Position numbers and translations under genes: made by a program. The notes under the pieces were generated by a model that was given only the letters and a program-made list of their open reading frames with translations, did not search any database and was not told the DNA's origin. A DNA stretch of 64,000 bases, taken from a virus. Each line of letters opens with the position of its first letter. The stretch's first letter is position 1. Positions 28,274-39,651 of this stretch are shown one piece after another. The stretch lies in the IMG/VR virus record IMGVR_UViG_3300037010_001749, positions 1 to 64,000 of that record. One strand, written 5' to 3'.

Positions 28274-28942
28274 TCAGATCTCCGCAGCGCGAAGCTGCAT
28301 GAGTGAGTAGCGAAGGTCGTCGTCGATGCTGGCTTCCAGCAGTAGCCATGTGCGGTACTGCCTCGGCAGGCTCTCCAGTGGCCGGTCTTTGTGCTCGCCG
28401 AAGGGCATGGTATAGATCGTGTGGCGCGGCACGTTGAGCAGCGACAGCAAGTCGCGGCCGTCAAGCCTGAGCATCTGGCGCAAGCAGGCCTGCACCGTCA
28501 GCACGTCGTCCATGGCCCTGTGGGCGGATCCCGGGTCCACACCGAAATGCGTGGCCATCGTGCCCAGCCGGTGGTTCTCCAGCGCCGGCAGCAACCGGCG
28601 AACGTGCTGCAAGGTGCAGAAGGTTCGCTCGATGTTCAGTATCGGCGCGAAGAACGGCTTGTCGAACTTGACGTTGTGCGCGATGAAGGTGCAAGGATCC
28701 TCGATCCTGCCGCCCATCACGACCGAGACGTACTCTTCGATCGTCGGCTCGGTCAGCACGTGGTGGTCGTGTATCCCATGGATCTCCGTGGCCCCCGGAG
28801 AGATGGGCATCTCCGGGTCGATCAGGGATTGCCAGGACCGCAAGGTGTCCAGGCTGTAGGGGTCGATCTCAATGAAAGCGACCTCCACCGCTTTCGCTTT
28901 GTGGAGGCCGGTCGTTTCGGTATCACCGATGAAGTAGCGCAT
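28274..28942 (-). CDS. DEDDh 3'-5' exonuclease (exonuclease X-like)
   Basis: DTETTG, AHN..FD and AHRA.DD motifs; C-terminal MPFGEHK. Confidence 0.88.
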   Translation of the reverse strand: MRYFIGDTETTGLHKAKAVEVAFIEIDPYSLDTLRSWQSLIDPEMPISPGATEIHGIHDHHVLTEPTIEEYVSVVMGGRIEDPCTFIAHNVKFDKPFFAPILNIERTFCTLQHVRRLLPALENHRLGTMATHFGVDPGSAHRAMDDVLTVQACLRQMLRLDGRDLLSLLNVPRHTIYTMPFGEHKDRPLESLPRQYRTWLLLEASIDDDLRYSLMQLRAAEI

Positions 28943-28980
28943 AACGCTCCAGAAGGAGGAGCCCCGTAGGGCCCCTTGGC

Positions 28981-29799
28981 TTAGGTTGCTGCCGGGGTGC
29001 GGGTGAATACCAAGGCGGTGTAGTCCTTGTTGGCCTTCTTCTGCGTCTCGGCCGAGCAGGTGGCCCGGATGAAGCGCAGCTGGTCGAGCATCATGCGCTC
29101 CTTGGCCACGTCGAACGCCGACTGGTTCGTATAGCGCTCGAAGTTGGAGCGCGTCGTCGGCGGGACGTCGATCTGGAATAGTTCGCCCTCGTCCACGTCT
29201 GCGTCCTTGTCGCAGTCCAGCAGAGAGACCACCAGGACCATGCGCTGGCTCAGGCGCGCATCCGGGTAATCGAGCTTCTTCAGGTTGGCGATGTACTCGG
29301 AGCACAGTTCGCCGGAGCCCTTGACGTGCACACCGTCGTCGGAGTAGCGGGCCAGGTCGCGGGCTTCGTCGGTGTCCTTGCCCGGGGAGATCATCCAGTT
29401 GTCCTGGTAGGACAGCAGTTCGAAGTCGATCCAGTCACCGAAGGTGCGCTTGCCGTCAGCGGTCTTGATCTTGCCGCTGTTGAACTTCAGGCGCACCAGC
29501 GTGTCCCAGTCGACGCGCAAAGCGTCCTTGATGGAACTGATGGCGGCCTTGACCTCGGCGATGCGGGCCACTGCGCTGTTGGTCGGCATGACCAGGCCGG
29601 TGCTGGTGGGCTTCGCCACCAGGCTGGAAGCGGCGGGAGCCGCCGCCGAAGCAGGAGCGGCGGCAGGTGCCGCGGCGGGAGCGGGAGCCGAGGCTTGAGC
29701 CTCGGCCGGGGCTGAGGCCACACCAACAGCAGGGGCAGATGCGTCAGGGCTCGGCTCGAAAGGAGCGGAGGCGGCGGAGGCGCGGCGTGTGAGTGCCAT
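28981..29799 (-). CDS. Replication-module protein, possibly ssDNA-binding
   Basis: Ala/Pro-rich N-terminus and a beta-rich body; the function is inferred from position only. Confidence 0.4.
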   Translation of the reverse strand: MALTRRASAASAPFEPSPDASAPAVGVASAPAEAQASAPAPAAAPAAAPASAAAPAASSLVAKPTSTGLVMPTNSAVARIAEVKAAISSIKDALRVDWDTLVRLKFNSGKIKTADGKRTFGDWIDFELLSYQDNWMISPGKDTDEARDLARYSDDGVHVKGSGELCSEYIANLKKLDYPDARLSQRMVLVVSLLDCDKDADVDEGELFQIDVPPTTRSNFERYTNQSAFDVAKERMMLDQLRFIRATCSAETQKKANKDYTALVFTRTPAAT

Positions 29800-29877
29800 G
29801 TGAGTTTGCTTTCGTTACGATCAATGTTGACGTTGAGATGGCCTACCTGACCCAGGTAGGAGATTGCGATTATGTCA

Positions 29878-32832
29878 CTAAGCTTTGAAAGGTTCAACCC
29901 CCATTCTTGCAAGCTCGTCTAGGTCGAAGATGAACGCTCCGCCTGGGATGTTCAGTTCCTGGCCAGGCCCATGGGAGATGAGCGCAGGGCAGTCCTTCAA
30001 GCCATGGAGAAAGGCATGGTCGCCAGGAAAGAGCGGCCGTTCAGAGGTCGACCGGCAGTAGGCGCGGTAGCGGTGATAGATCGCCCGGGCCGACAGCTCA
30101 ATGACGGTCTTGCCGTTCACCGTTGCGTAGGCGTACTCCTGCTTCAGGCGCACCGCCATCGGCGATGAAGGGTCAAGGCTGACCGACATCGTGGCCACCT
30201 TGTTCAGCACCTTGATCCACTCAGCTTGAGTGGAGGGCAGCAGGTCGGACATGCGGTCGTAGACCGAAGCCTCCAGCTCGTCGAACTTCGCGTCGAACTC
30301 CTTGTCAAAGATGTCAGCAACCAGTTTGCGGAACCTCTGCAAGCCGAAGCGCACCACCGTGTAGTTGAACACCGTGCGCTCCTTGGCGCCCTGCTTGGCT
30401 TGCAGTTCCTGGTCCGACAGGCCGGCAACCAGGTCCTTCTCGTTGAGCATGTACTTGGCCTGGGCCGCATCGAGCAAGGCGTCGAACTCGGTGGTCAGCT
30501 TTTCGAAGCTGTAGTCGAGCACGATGTCGGAGGCCAGGTAGTGCCCAAGAGAAGACAGCACACGCTTGTGGCGCTCCGCGATATGGAAGCGGGTGCTCCA
30601 CTTCATGGCCACACTGGCCGGTGGTCTCACCACTGTGCAGAGTACCACCCGCTCCATGACCGCAGCTTCCTCTTCGGCTGCTTCGGCGATCACCACCATC
30701 GGTGCAGCAAGCTGTGTGGTGTAGAGCGCTCGGTAGTCGTCGTTGTCCCGAGTGCCACCGCCCCGGGTGACGTCCCGGCAGTTGTAGGCATCCCGCATCA
30801 TGAGCTTGAGCTTGCCGTGGATCTCAGTCGGCATCTCGTGTGGCTTGTACTCGTCGATGATGAGAGGAATCGAGGCCGATCCGGCCAAGTGCTGCTGCAG
30901 GGCGAAGAGCGTGGAGCCAGGGGTCAGTGTCTTCGCCTCCTGCTGGTAGAAGAACAAGGACATCAGCATCCTGTTCATCTCGGTCTTGCCAGCGCCTGCT
31001 GCGCCGTTGACGTGCAGAATCGGGAACTTGGTGTAGACCTTGTGGAACAGCATGCGGTAGAAGCTGGCGGTGTACCAGCCCACCAGCTTGGCGATCACGT
31101 TCGGCTGCTGGCAGCCCAGGAAGTTCTCCAGCACAACACGCAGCGTCTGCTTATTGTCTGCAGACTCTATCCAGTCGACCAGCTTGGGCGCGTCGCTGAT
31201 GTCTGTCCGGAAAGACCCACGGGGATCAGGGTAGCCCTGGAAAGAGAACTCGTAGCCCTTGGCCGCGATCCGCGGCTCGAGCACCACACCTTTGCCGTCA
31301 GCCCAGACCATGAAGGGCTCGCGCATCTCAGGGTCTGTGTGGTTGACGATGTTGATGATGTCCAAGCCCTCACGGTTCAGGACGTACAACTCCTTGCCCT
31401 CCTTGCGGCCCTTTTCTGCGACTCGCATCATCATCCCTCTCACGTGTTGATCGCTTCCCTGCAGGGCATGCGAATGGCGGCTGGCGAACTTGTTGAAAGC
31501 CTGCAGGCCGCCGAAGATGTCAAGCTCCAGGGTCTGTCGGCCTTGCGGCTTGCCGTTGATGAGCACGTCGGCCTCGTAGCAGGAGACTTGCCCCGTCTGT
31601 GGTGAGCGCAGAATGTGGACCTTGTCAAACGAGATCGCGCAAACGCGCTTCTTCCCTTCCTCGGTGTTGGCGTACAGGCCGTACTTCGTCAACTGCACAC
31701 TTGCGGCAACATCGGAGTACTCGTCCAGAGCTTCCTCTGTTGCCTGGCTGTCTGGGGCTGTGCCGTCCTCAGCCTTCTTGATATTCTCTTCGACCTCGGC
31801 CTTGCTGACCGGGATGCCATCCAAGTCCGGCGCGTCGTGGTTGAGCAAGGACTTGAGTCCACCGATCGAGAACTCGTAGCACGGGTTCCCTTCGATGTAC
31901 CGGTGCATGCGAATCAACTCAGCCCGGCGCTTCTCCGGCGTGTTGTACCGATGGCCGTCGCTGCTGTGCACGCTGCAAAGGCCCTCAGCCTTCTCTGCAA
32001 GCTGCTGCTCAGTCCAGCCCATAGCCTCGGACACGATGGCAAGCTGCAGCGCGATGGGGTGGAAGCCTGCGTCCGACTTGACTCCCCGGCCTTCCAGCAG
32101 CGCCTGCAAAGATGGCAGGTCGGTCTTCCTCAGCACTGAAGGGTCGGTGTTCTTCTTCTTCCGCTTGGCCAGCCGGTCAGCCACGTCCTGCTGCGCCTTG
32201 TCGAACATGACCATCAACTCCATGCAGAGCTTCGGAGTCTGCGCAGCAGGCAACAGCCGCGGTTCTGCGGTCAGCACGCTGTAGGACTCAACGGTGACGC
32301 CCTGCAGTTCCTCGTAGGTGATAGGCACTTTGTAGTGCCCGTTCTCCCGCTTGACACCCGGTGAACGCCACATACGGCCGCGGCCGCCGGAGTAGACCCG
32401 AAAGTCCAGGTGGTCAACGGCAAGTGCAAAGGCCAGCTGCTTGTAGACCGTGGGCAGGTACTGCACGCCCTCCTTCGGGATCTTGGCCATGAAGCAGGCC
32501 ATGGGGATCTCCAGGTGAAAGCCCCGGCCGCCCGTGGCGTACAGCTGGGCGCTGCCCATGTCGAAGCCCTTCTCCTCGAGCATCAGACAGAGCTTATGCA
32601 CGTCCTCCGAGACGGCGACCATGTCGGTCCCGTCCCAGTCGAAGTACAGCGGGCCGCTGTACTTGAGCTTGTGCCGATCTTCGCTCGGCAGTTCGTCGGC
32701 CAGCTGGCTGACTGCCAACACCGTGAAGAACGCCGGATGCTTCTCTTCGGTGAGTTGAGCCTGGTAGGCGAGCGGGCACGGCTTCCACGTTTCCTCTCCG
32801 CCCGTCTCCTGGTAGTACCTGTATTTGCTCAT
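29878..32832 (-). CDS. Primase-helicase (AEP-type primase plus P-loop domain)
   Basis: LYFDWD and TGGRGFH (AEP); GAAGAGKT Walker A; LIIDE Walker B. Confidence 0.85.
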   Translation of the reverse strand: MSKYRYYQETGGEETWKPCPLAYQAQLTEEKHPAFFTVLAVSQLADELPSEDRHKLKYSGPLYFDWDGTDMVAVSEDVHKLCLMLEEKGFDMGSAQLYATGGRGFHLEIPMACFMAKIPKEGVQYLPTVYKQLAFALAVDHLDFRVYSGGRGRMWRSPGVKRENGHYKVPITYEELQGVTVESYSVLTAEPRLLPAAQTPKLCMELMVMFDKAQQDVADRLAKRKKKNTDPSVLRKTDLPSLQALLEGRGVKSDAGFHPIALQLAIVSEAMGWTEQQLAEKAEGLCSVHSSDGHRYNTPEKRRAELIRMHRYIEGNPCYEFSIGGLKSLLNHDAPDLDGIPVSKAEVEENIKKAEDGTAPDSQATEEALDEYSDVAASVQLTKYGLYANTEEGKKRVCAISFDKVHILRSPQTGQVSCYEADVLINGKPQGRQTLELDIFGGLQAFNKFASRHSHALQGSDQHVRGMMMRVAEKGRKEGKELYVLNREGLDIINIVNHTDPEMREPFMVWADGKGVVLEPRIAAKGYEFSFQGYPDPRGSFRTDISDAPKLVDWIESADNKQTLRVVLENFLGCQQPNVIAKLVGWYTASFYRMLFHKVYTKFPILHVNGAAGAGKTEMNRMLMSLFFYQQEAKTLTPGSTLFALQQHLAGSASIPLIIDEYKPHEMPTEIHGKLKLMMRDAYNCRDVTRGGGTRDNDDYRALYTTQLAAPMVVIAEAAEEEAAVMERVVLCTVVRPPASVAMKWSTRFHIAERHKRVLSSLGHYLASDIVLDYSFEKLTTEFDALLDAAQAKYMLNEKDLVAGLSDQELQAKQGAKERTVFNYTVVRFGLQRFRKLVADIFDKEFDAKFDELEASVYDRMSDLLPSTQAEWIKVLNKVATMSVSLDPSSPMAVRLKQEYAYATVNGKTVIELSARAIYHRYRAYCRSTSERPLFPGDHAFLHGLKDCPALISHGPGQELNIPGGAFIFDLDELARMGVEPFKA

Positions 32833-32846
32833 GGTCCTTCTTGGGG

Positions 32847-34280
32847 CTAGCGGCCGTGGATCGCATCACGCAGATCTTTGAAGCCACCTTGAACTTTGTT
32901 CGCAAGGGCGTCGTTGTGCAGCAGGTTCTGGTGGAGCCTTACCTGGATGGTGTCTTGAGCGATCGCTAGCCGGATGTTGGGCACATAGAGTTGCCCATCA
33001 CGGGCCACTCGGCCCACACCTTGAACGAACGGCCAAGGAACCACGGGTTCCTCAATCCACAGAACTTCCTTGCACACGTGCTGAGGGTTCCAGCCTGCCC
33101 CACCGGACCCCGGCTGGGCGATGATGGCCCGGCATTTCGGGTCGTCGAGAAAGCGGGCGATGTTACGCGCCTGCTGCGCTCCTGACACCTCTGAGTAGCA
33201 GGCTACCGTGTCGTACTTGGCCATGAACTTCGTCACAGCGCGGCTCGTCATGATGTAGTAGGTGAAGATGATGAGCTTGCTAGCTGCGGGGTTGAGCAAG
33301 TCGATCTCGTCAGCAACTGCCTCGATCAGGTCGAAGACCGCTGGCACGCACTTCTCGTCTCCGCTGAAGTGTGACCAGTTGCAGATGATCTGCTGCGACG
33401 CGTTGTACAGACGGCCGGCTGACGTGGCGTCGATCTTGCCACCGTCCGGGAGCAACAGAAGCTGCTCGTCGACCAGCTGGTTGTATAGGCCCAGGTGCTC
33501 CGGAGCCAGGTCGTAGTGGATCGGGATGTAGTTTGGCTGCTTGAGATCCTTCAGCACATCGCCGCTCAGCCGGCGTGACGCCTGCAGCATCAGGTTGCTC
33601 TGCATCATCTCCAGGTTCTGCCACTCCTTGACGTTGCCGAAGAAGTCACGATCTGCCACGTGCAGGTTCTCAAAATGCGCCTGGCTTCGGTACACGCTCG
33701 GGGTCTTCAGCTTCACGTAGCCGTAGGCGTCACCAGGTGACGAGATGGGAGTGCCTGTCAAGACCTGCAGCTTCTCACCCTCAGAGAACTCCTTCACAGC
33801 CTTGTAGTTGGCCGTGCCTACGTTCTTGACCGAGTGGCCCTCGTCCACCGTGAGGTTTTTGCTACGCCCTTGAAGCTGGCGTTGGATGTGAGGCAAGTCG
33901 CTCTTGAACATCTGGATCGACGTGAGGATCCACTTGTACGCCTGCAGGTTGATCGCCTGCCGCTTCACAGGTGCGCCGCGGTAGGCCACGACCGCACCGA
34001 CGTCGTGCAGCGACTCGAGCCAGCGCTTCCACTGAGGCACCAGGATAGGAGGCATCAGGACGATGTTGTGGGCACAGTCCCAGGCCAGGCTCAGGACTGT
34101 GCTCGTGGCGGTCTTGCCTGTGCCCACCTCGTTGAACAGGCCGACGCGGTCGAACGGGTAAAGCTCCTCCACGTCTTCGACCTGGTCAGCGCGGAGTTCG
34201 AAAGGGATCTGGTGGTACTTGAGCAGATCTCCGAGGTTGTCAAAGTCAGGCACGCTTCGGCACCTTGGGTAGTGTGGCAA
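32847..34280 (-). CDS. SF2 (SNF2-like) helicase
   Basis: GTGKT, DEGH, LTGTP and Q..GR..R motifs. Confidence 0.85.
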   Translation of the reverse strand: MPHYPRCRSVPDFDNLGDLLKYHQIPFELRADQVEDVEELYPFDRVGLFNEVGTGKTATSTVLSLAWDCAHNIVLMPPILVPQWKRWLESLHDVGAVVAYRGAPVKRQAINLQAYKWILTSIQMFKSDLPHIQRQLQGRSKNLTVDEGHSVKNVGTANYKAVKEFSEGEKLQVLTGTPISSPGDAYGYVKLKTPSVYRSQAHFENLHVADRDFFGNVKEWQNLEMMQSNLMLQASRRLSGDVLKDLKQPNYIPIHYDLAPEHLGLYNQLVDEQLLLLPDGGKIDATSAGRLYNASQQIICNWSHFSGDEKCVPAVFDLIEAVADEIDLLNPAASKLIIFTYYIMTSRAVTKFMAKYDTVACYSEVSGAQQARNIARFLDDPKCRAIIAQPGSGGAGWNPQHVCKEVLWIEEPVVPWPFVQGVGRVARDGQLYVPNIRLAIAQDTIQVRLHQNLLHNDALANKVQGGFKDLRDAIHGR

Positions 34281-34593
34281 TCACCTTGGGCTTCCAGGCC
34301 CGTCGCTTGAACTCCTCCAGGTTCACACGGAAGGCCAGGTCTGTCAGAGGCTCACCGCCAACCGTGATGTTCGGTGCGACGACGAAGGCCCACTGAGCCG
34401 TGGCGGTGTGCTGGCCGAGCGGTGGCACACCTGACGGCTCCCCGGCGGCCAGCCAGGCAAGATTGAACATGCCTGGGTGGGTGTCAATGAGGTTTGCCCA
34501 CCCACGGCCATCTTCGTCGAGGTAGCCCCAGAATGGAACGGAGGACCACCACCAACGGCGGCGGCAGTGCTGCAAAAAGTCAACGGGGGTCAT

Positions 34594-34635
34594 CTGCTGC
34601 TGCTGCTGCTGCTGCTGCTGCTACTGCTACTACTG
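34594..34635. repeat. Trinucleotide microsatellite (CTG)9 CTA CTG (CTA)2 CTG
   Basis: Read directly; encodes poly-Ala near the end of ORF 34580..34858(-). Confidence 0.95.
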
Positions 34636-37376
34636 CTCTTGCGGCGGCCAGGGCTAGCCTGCCGCTCTTGTTGATGCTCTGGTGTTCGATGATCTTGCCT
34701 GTGCTATTCTGGTACGGACTCGGGCGTCCGACCGTGTCCACAAGGCCGAGACCTTCCATGCTGCGGTTGACACCTGGGTTGAACTGGTTCCGGGGCAGTG
34801 GCCCAGGCATCAGTCTGGCCAGCGCGTCACGTACTGCCGGAGTGATCTTTGGTGGCATTCAAGCGGCTCCACTTGTTGCAGGTCCCGGTACGCTTCACGG
34901 GAAAGCCTCCGAGGCCGCATCGCAGCCCCACATCCACAGCGCTGGCTTTCAGCCGCGCTGGGTCGTCAGGATACAGCTTCAGCGCCCAGTCTGGGGGCTG
35001 GCGTTGATATTGGAAGTGCCTACAGCTGGAGCAGACTTCGCGTTTCACGCGGTAGTTCTGCTCCAGCATGGCGTCATGGTGCGACGCCTTCGGCCGGCCT
35101 CGGTCAGCCAACGTCGAACGGGACTTCCTGGACCCGGACGCAGTCGCCTTCCGGACCCACAGCAGCAAACCACACGTAGCCAGCGGCCTGCTGGTTCCTG
35201 TTCAGGCTGATGCTGATGTCTTCCAGCCGGTCACGTGACATGATGCTGGCAGCCTTCGACGCACTGCTGAGCGCCCGGCTCAGCGTACCGTCGCCGGCAA
35301 AGACCCTGACCTCGACGTCGGCGTGGCGGTCATCGACCACCATAACCAGACATTTGCCCGGACTCACTTGGCGTCCTTGATCGCCGCGATTGCGGCATCC
35401 TGCACCAGTTTGCGGATGCTCTCGTGGCGGTCGTATCTTTGGTTGCCGAGCACCTCGTTGAATGCTTCGTCGACCTTGCCTTTCAGCAAGCTGCGGGCCT
35501 CGCGCTCGGCGGTACCCGTCCAGTCGATGCGCTGCAGAGCCTTGCTGATGACCTCCTTGGCGTCGGCTTGAATGATCTCTCGGCTCAGCGCTGCGATGGC
35601 GGCGTCGCATTGCGACTTGACGGCGTTGCGCAGCGCTTCGTCGTTGATCTCGATGACGAGCTTCATTTGGTATCCCTTTCCAGTGCTTCTTTGGCGTCGA
35701 TGGCTTCGCGAAGCCAGTCAACATCTTGGCGGTGGATGTAACTTGTCTCGATTCTCACGCCTTTGCCGCGCAGCCTGTAAAGCTGGGCTATCAGCCGTTC
35801 CGGCTGGTCGTGAATGCAGAGGCCGTCCAGCATCGCACGGATCTCCTTGTGCTCGACGGTCAACTTCCTCGTGTTGAGCCAGCCAAACAGCTGGCCCAGA
35901 CCAAAACGGATGACCCCATACACGGAGCCCACCACGGCAACTTTGTACACCAGGTAGCCGCACAGCACCCATACCGCCAGCGTTGGTAGATTGGCCACTG
36001 CATCGATCAGAAACTTGATATCTTCCATGTCACACCCTCAGGCCGAGTTCGGCCTCACGTTCCTTGTTACGGACAGGCAATGGCGCCCACCCCCAGAAGT
36101 GCTCCCCGTACGCTCCGTACCAGTAGCCCTTGACGCACACACCGTGCTTGGTCAGGAGCAAGACGGTCTTCCCCTTCGGGGCGACCTCGTATGCATAGGC
36201 ACCGCCGCCGGCGATGTACCCCTTGGCGCTCCCGGTCACGTGTCGTCCGACACGTAGACGCCCACGATGGGGTGGGTCTGCCCCACCACCTGCAGGACCA
36301 CCGGAGCACCGCGCAGGATTGCCGCGATCTCTTCGGCATCGGGCTTCCAGAAACTGGACATCACCGTCAGGCCATCTTCACCCTTGCTGATCGTCACCGG
36401 CAACGCCCCAACGTCAAGCGCCTTCTGGTCCCACCCCTTCGGGGCGCCAAAGACGTGGTTGTTGGTTTTGTGTTGGATGAACCTCATACGGGAAAGGCCA
36501 CGAGCTGAAGGCTGTCAGCGAAGCCCAGAAGCCCTCTGGGCTGATCCTGATGCTCCCAGGTGTTCATGGCTCGGTTCAGCAGGCTACAAACTTCGCTGGC
36601 TGTCAGCGACACAGTGGCAACGACTTTGCCTCCATGCGTGAACTGCAGCAGACCAGGTTGTTCGTCTGTTCGCATCAATTCGCTCCTTCGGTAGAGACCA
36701 TGTCATCCGCCGCGGTGTGGATTTCGTCGTACAGGTCCTGCTCCAGGACCAGCTTGGCCACCTTGCGGAAGGCTTGGTCGAAGCTGAGCGTCGAGGCCAC
36801 TGCCCGGCGCTCAGCCTTGCGCTTGGCTAGCGCAGTCTGGATGGCCCGCAGGGCTCGATTCACGCCCAGTTGCTTCTCGACCAAGGCGTCGTACTCGGCC
36901 ACAGGCAAGTGGCCCTGACCCATGGCCACGCGCCGCCGGGCCTTGGTCATCTCAGCCTTGATCGTCTGCGACTGGCCATCCATACGGCCCTTGACCTCCA
37001 AGAGTTCCTCTCGGGTCATGTCTTCCCAGTTGCGTTTCATGCGGTGTTGGTCCGGTCAGCCAGGTATCGGAAGTAGCCGTCGGTGCACTTCGGGTCATGC
37101 TCGTCTTCGGCGTAGTAGCGCAGCACAAGGTCCCGGAGCGTAGGTTGGGGCTGCCCTTGCGGCCTGGGCGGGACTTCTGGGTCCACCAGGCGGGCCACGG
37201 ACACCGCCACGGCTTGGCTGGCGTGCATCGAGGTTGCCCGGGTAGCCCAGAGCGGATCGACCTTCCTTAGGGCTAGGGCGACGCGACGCCACCCCTGCAG
37301 TTCAGTCTTGGGCTCACTTGGCTCCTTCCAGGCAAGATGCAGGTTACGCACCAGGTGGAAAAAGCTGTCATGTGCA

Positions 37377-37832
37377 TCATGTAGTTTGCGCTGCTGGGCC
37401 TTGCTCAAGCGTTTCAGGCTTCCCACTTCGGAGAGCATCAGTTGGAACTGCTGCGCCGCTTCCAGCGTCAGCGTTGTCTCGTCTGGGTTGAACATACTCG
37501 CCTCTTTCCTTGGCAGCCCGGTCTACGCAGTGCCTGGTGGTTGTGACTGGCATCTTGAACTCTCGCGCCGTCGCCGCAAGTGTGTGGCCTTGCACTACAT
37601 GGTAGATCCAGACTTTGTGATCTCGCTTGTGCCGCTCGCGGCGCTTCTCCGAGACCTTGGCCATGCGCTCGATGCGGTCCGTACCGATGCGCTTGGTCAC
37701 AGCCTCGTATACCTCGTAGGTCCTGAAGCGGTGCTCGTTGTCACAGATGCGGTCTCGCCGAGACCGCTCTAACCTGGGCTCGTCTCTAGTGGCAAGCACG
37801 CGCGACAGGGCCCCACACTTCCGGCACCTCAA
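37377..37832 (-). CDS. NrdR-like zinc-ribbon protein with possible HTH
   Basis: CRKCG..SRV..TR......R.R.C.N.HRF.TYE, then TLAATAREF.M..TT. Confidence 0.55.
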   Translation of the reverse strand: MRCRKCGALSRVLATRDEPRLERSRRDRICDNEHRFRTYEVYEAVTKRIGTDRIERMAKVSEKRRERHKRDHKVWIYHVVQGHTLAATAREFKMPVTTTRHCVDRAAKERGEYVQPRRDNADAGSGAAVPTDALRSGKPETLEQGPAAQTT

Positions 37833-38008
37833 GGCTGCTGAACGGCCGCCAGCGCCAGGCTGCGTTGGACCAGGTCAACCATGTAGGACTTGGAGACTTC
37901 CAGGGTCTGCCACTCGTGCAGGCAGTTGACGCAGCTGTAGGTGCGCTCGCCATCGACATGGGCATCAAGAGTGATGGCGTTGCTCTCACACTTTGGGCAG
38001 TGGTGCAT
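37829..38008 (-). CDS. Small zinc-ribbon protein
   Basis: CPKC...R.Y.C..C...W.T.E. Confidence 0.55.
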   Translation of the reverse strand: MHHCPKCESNAITLDAHVDGERTYSCVNCLHEWQTLEVSKSYMVDLVQRSLALAAVQQP

Positions 38009-38788
38009 TGAAGCTGCTTTCTTTGACAGCGCGTTGCCCACCGACGTGGCGGACTTCGAGGATTTTCTGGGGAGGCGTGTGCGCTCGGATGTTGCCGGCC
38101 TCGTCGACAAAGTCATCCTCGTTGACCAGGTAGAGATCGTATGGCATCTCCTTGCCGGGCTTTTTCGTCAACCTTGGGTAATTCTTGCGTGCAACCGCCA
38201 CGGCCTCGCCGGGCTTCTTGCTCCGCCCCCAGCAGTAGGGGGCGAGGCACAAGAAGATCTTGCCTTCCGGTGCCACCAGGCTCATGCCGGCGATGTCCCG
38301 TTCAGGAGGGCCAGGAACTCCACCTCGGCCTTCAGGTAGTTCTTGCCCTTGGTAGGCTGGCCTTGAAACTTCACGCGGTCACGCCAGGCCTGCTCGACCG
38401 CCGTGCGGACGGTGACTTGCTTGTCTTCTTGGTTCATGCGATGCCTAGGCCGCCAGCCCAGGCCTCCCCGTTTCCGTTGGGGACTTCAATCCTCACGACA
38501 AAGCCGCGAGGGTCGTTCTGCAGGCAGACCTTCGATCCTACCCAGGCCGCGGTGAGTTCCTCACCCATCGCAAGAAGTTCGGCCCTGGTGACTTTTCGCG
38601 CGTCCCCAAACGGAAGTCCGGAGGCCCAGGCATAGTTGCACAGGTCCTCGTCCTGCTTATGCTTGACCATGGCCACAGCGCAGATCTGCGACAGCAGCGC
38701 TATGAACTCCTCAGTCTTGGGCACTGACGGGTCGAGCCGGTGCAAGTTCGCCTGCGCCTGCCGGCCGCGGCCGGTGATCTTTCGGACC

Positions 38789-39277
38789 CTAGCCTTCATT
38801 GACAGCCAAGGTGTACGTCGTGCCTTCTATGCCGACGGTCTCCCCGCAGGCCAGGGCCTGGATCTTGAGGTGCTGCCCGGCGTTCATGGTGTTGTCCGGG
38901 TCCAGCTTCTCGGCCAGAAACTCACGTGCCGCATCCGCGTCGGTGAATAGCACCGCGTCCTCGGCGTCTGAAGAGAAGGCCATCCAGATTTCCTTATCGC
39001 TAAGGAAGTACTTGGCCAGTTCTTCCCAGTCGACGGTAGCCATAGCATCTTTGATGATGCCGTCCCACAGGCCGTTAACGACGGGCCTACCGTCGTTCAC
39101 GATGGTTTCGATGTCCAAAGCCAGGGCTTCGATTGCGGCATTCCGTGCTGAGGGAGCGTGCGACTCCTTATCGCAGGCAACCTCGAGTGAGTCAACGGCC
39201 TGTGCTTCGCACAGGCGGTAAAGCCTGGCGTCATTAGCCAGCCACAGCCCAATGCTGCGAGTGATGCTGTTGCTCAT
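38789..39277 (-). CDS. Acidic hypothetical protein
   Basis: LWL.ND..LY...VDW.ELA; Asp/Glu-rich. Confidence 0.55.
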   Translation of the reverse strand: MSNSITRSIGLWLANDARLYRLCEAQAVDSLEVACDKESHAPSARNAAIEALALDIETIVNDGRPVVNGLWDGIIKDAMATVDWEELAKYFLSDKEIWMAFSSDAEDAVLFTDADAAREFLAEKLDPDNTMNAGQHLKIQALACGETVGIEGTTYTLAVNEG

Positions 39278-39651
39278 GCGCGAACCAGGTAGTGGTCACC
39301 AAGAATGTTGACGGACCGGTAGTCTTGCCGCAGGGCCTGGGCAGCCTTATCCCAGTCGATGCAGTCGTAGGGCCAGCCGACAACCGGCCCCAACTGACGC
39401 GCGAGGTCCTCAGCGAAGCCTCCGTAGAAATAGTCTTCGCGAACGAATAGCGCAAATACGTTCCAGTAGGCCTCGTCCAACACCGACTGGAGACCTTCGG
39501 CCTCTTCCACGGCCTCAGCAACTTCCTCAAGGGTGTCATTGCTACCGATCACCTTCTTCAGGTCGAGGATCGCAGCACGGATTTCATCCGAGCTCACTGT
39601 CTTTCCCAGGTTAGCCAAAGCGCTTCCCTTCCGCGGTAAATGTGTATCCAT
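39274..39651 (-). CDS. ArdA-like antirestriction candidate
   Basis: C-terminal FAEDL......PY..IDW..AA..L..DY resembles the ArdA C-terminal domain; acidic. Confidence 0.4.
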   Translation of the reverse strand: MDTHLPRKGSALANLGKTVSSDEIRAAILDLKKVIGSNDTLEEVAEAVEEAEGLQSVLDEAYWNVFALFVREDYFYGGFAEDLARQLGPVVGWPYDCIDWDKAAQALRQDYRSVNILGDHYLVRA

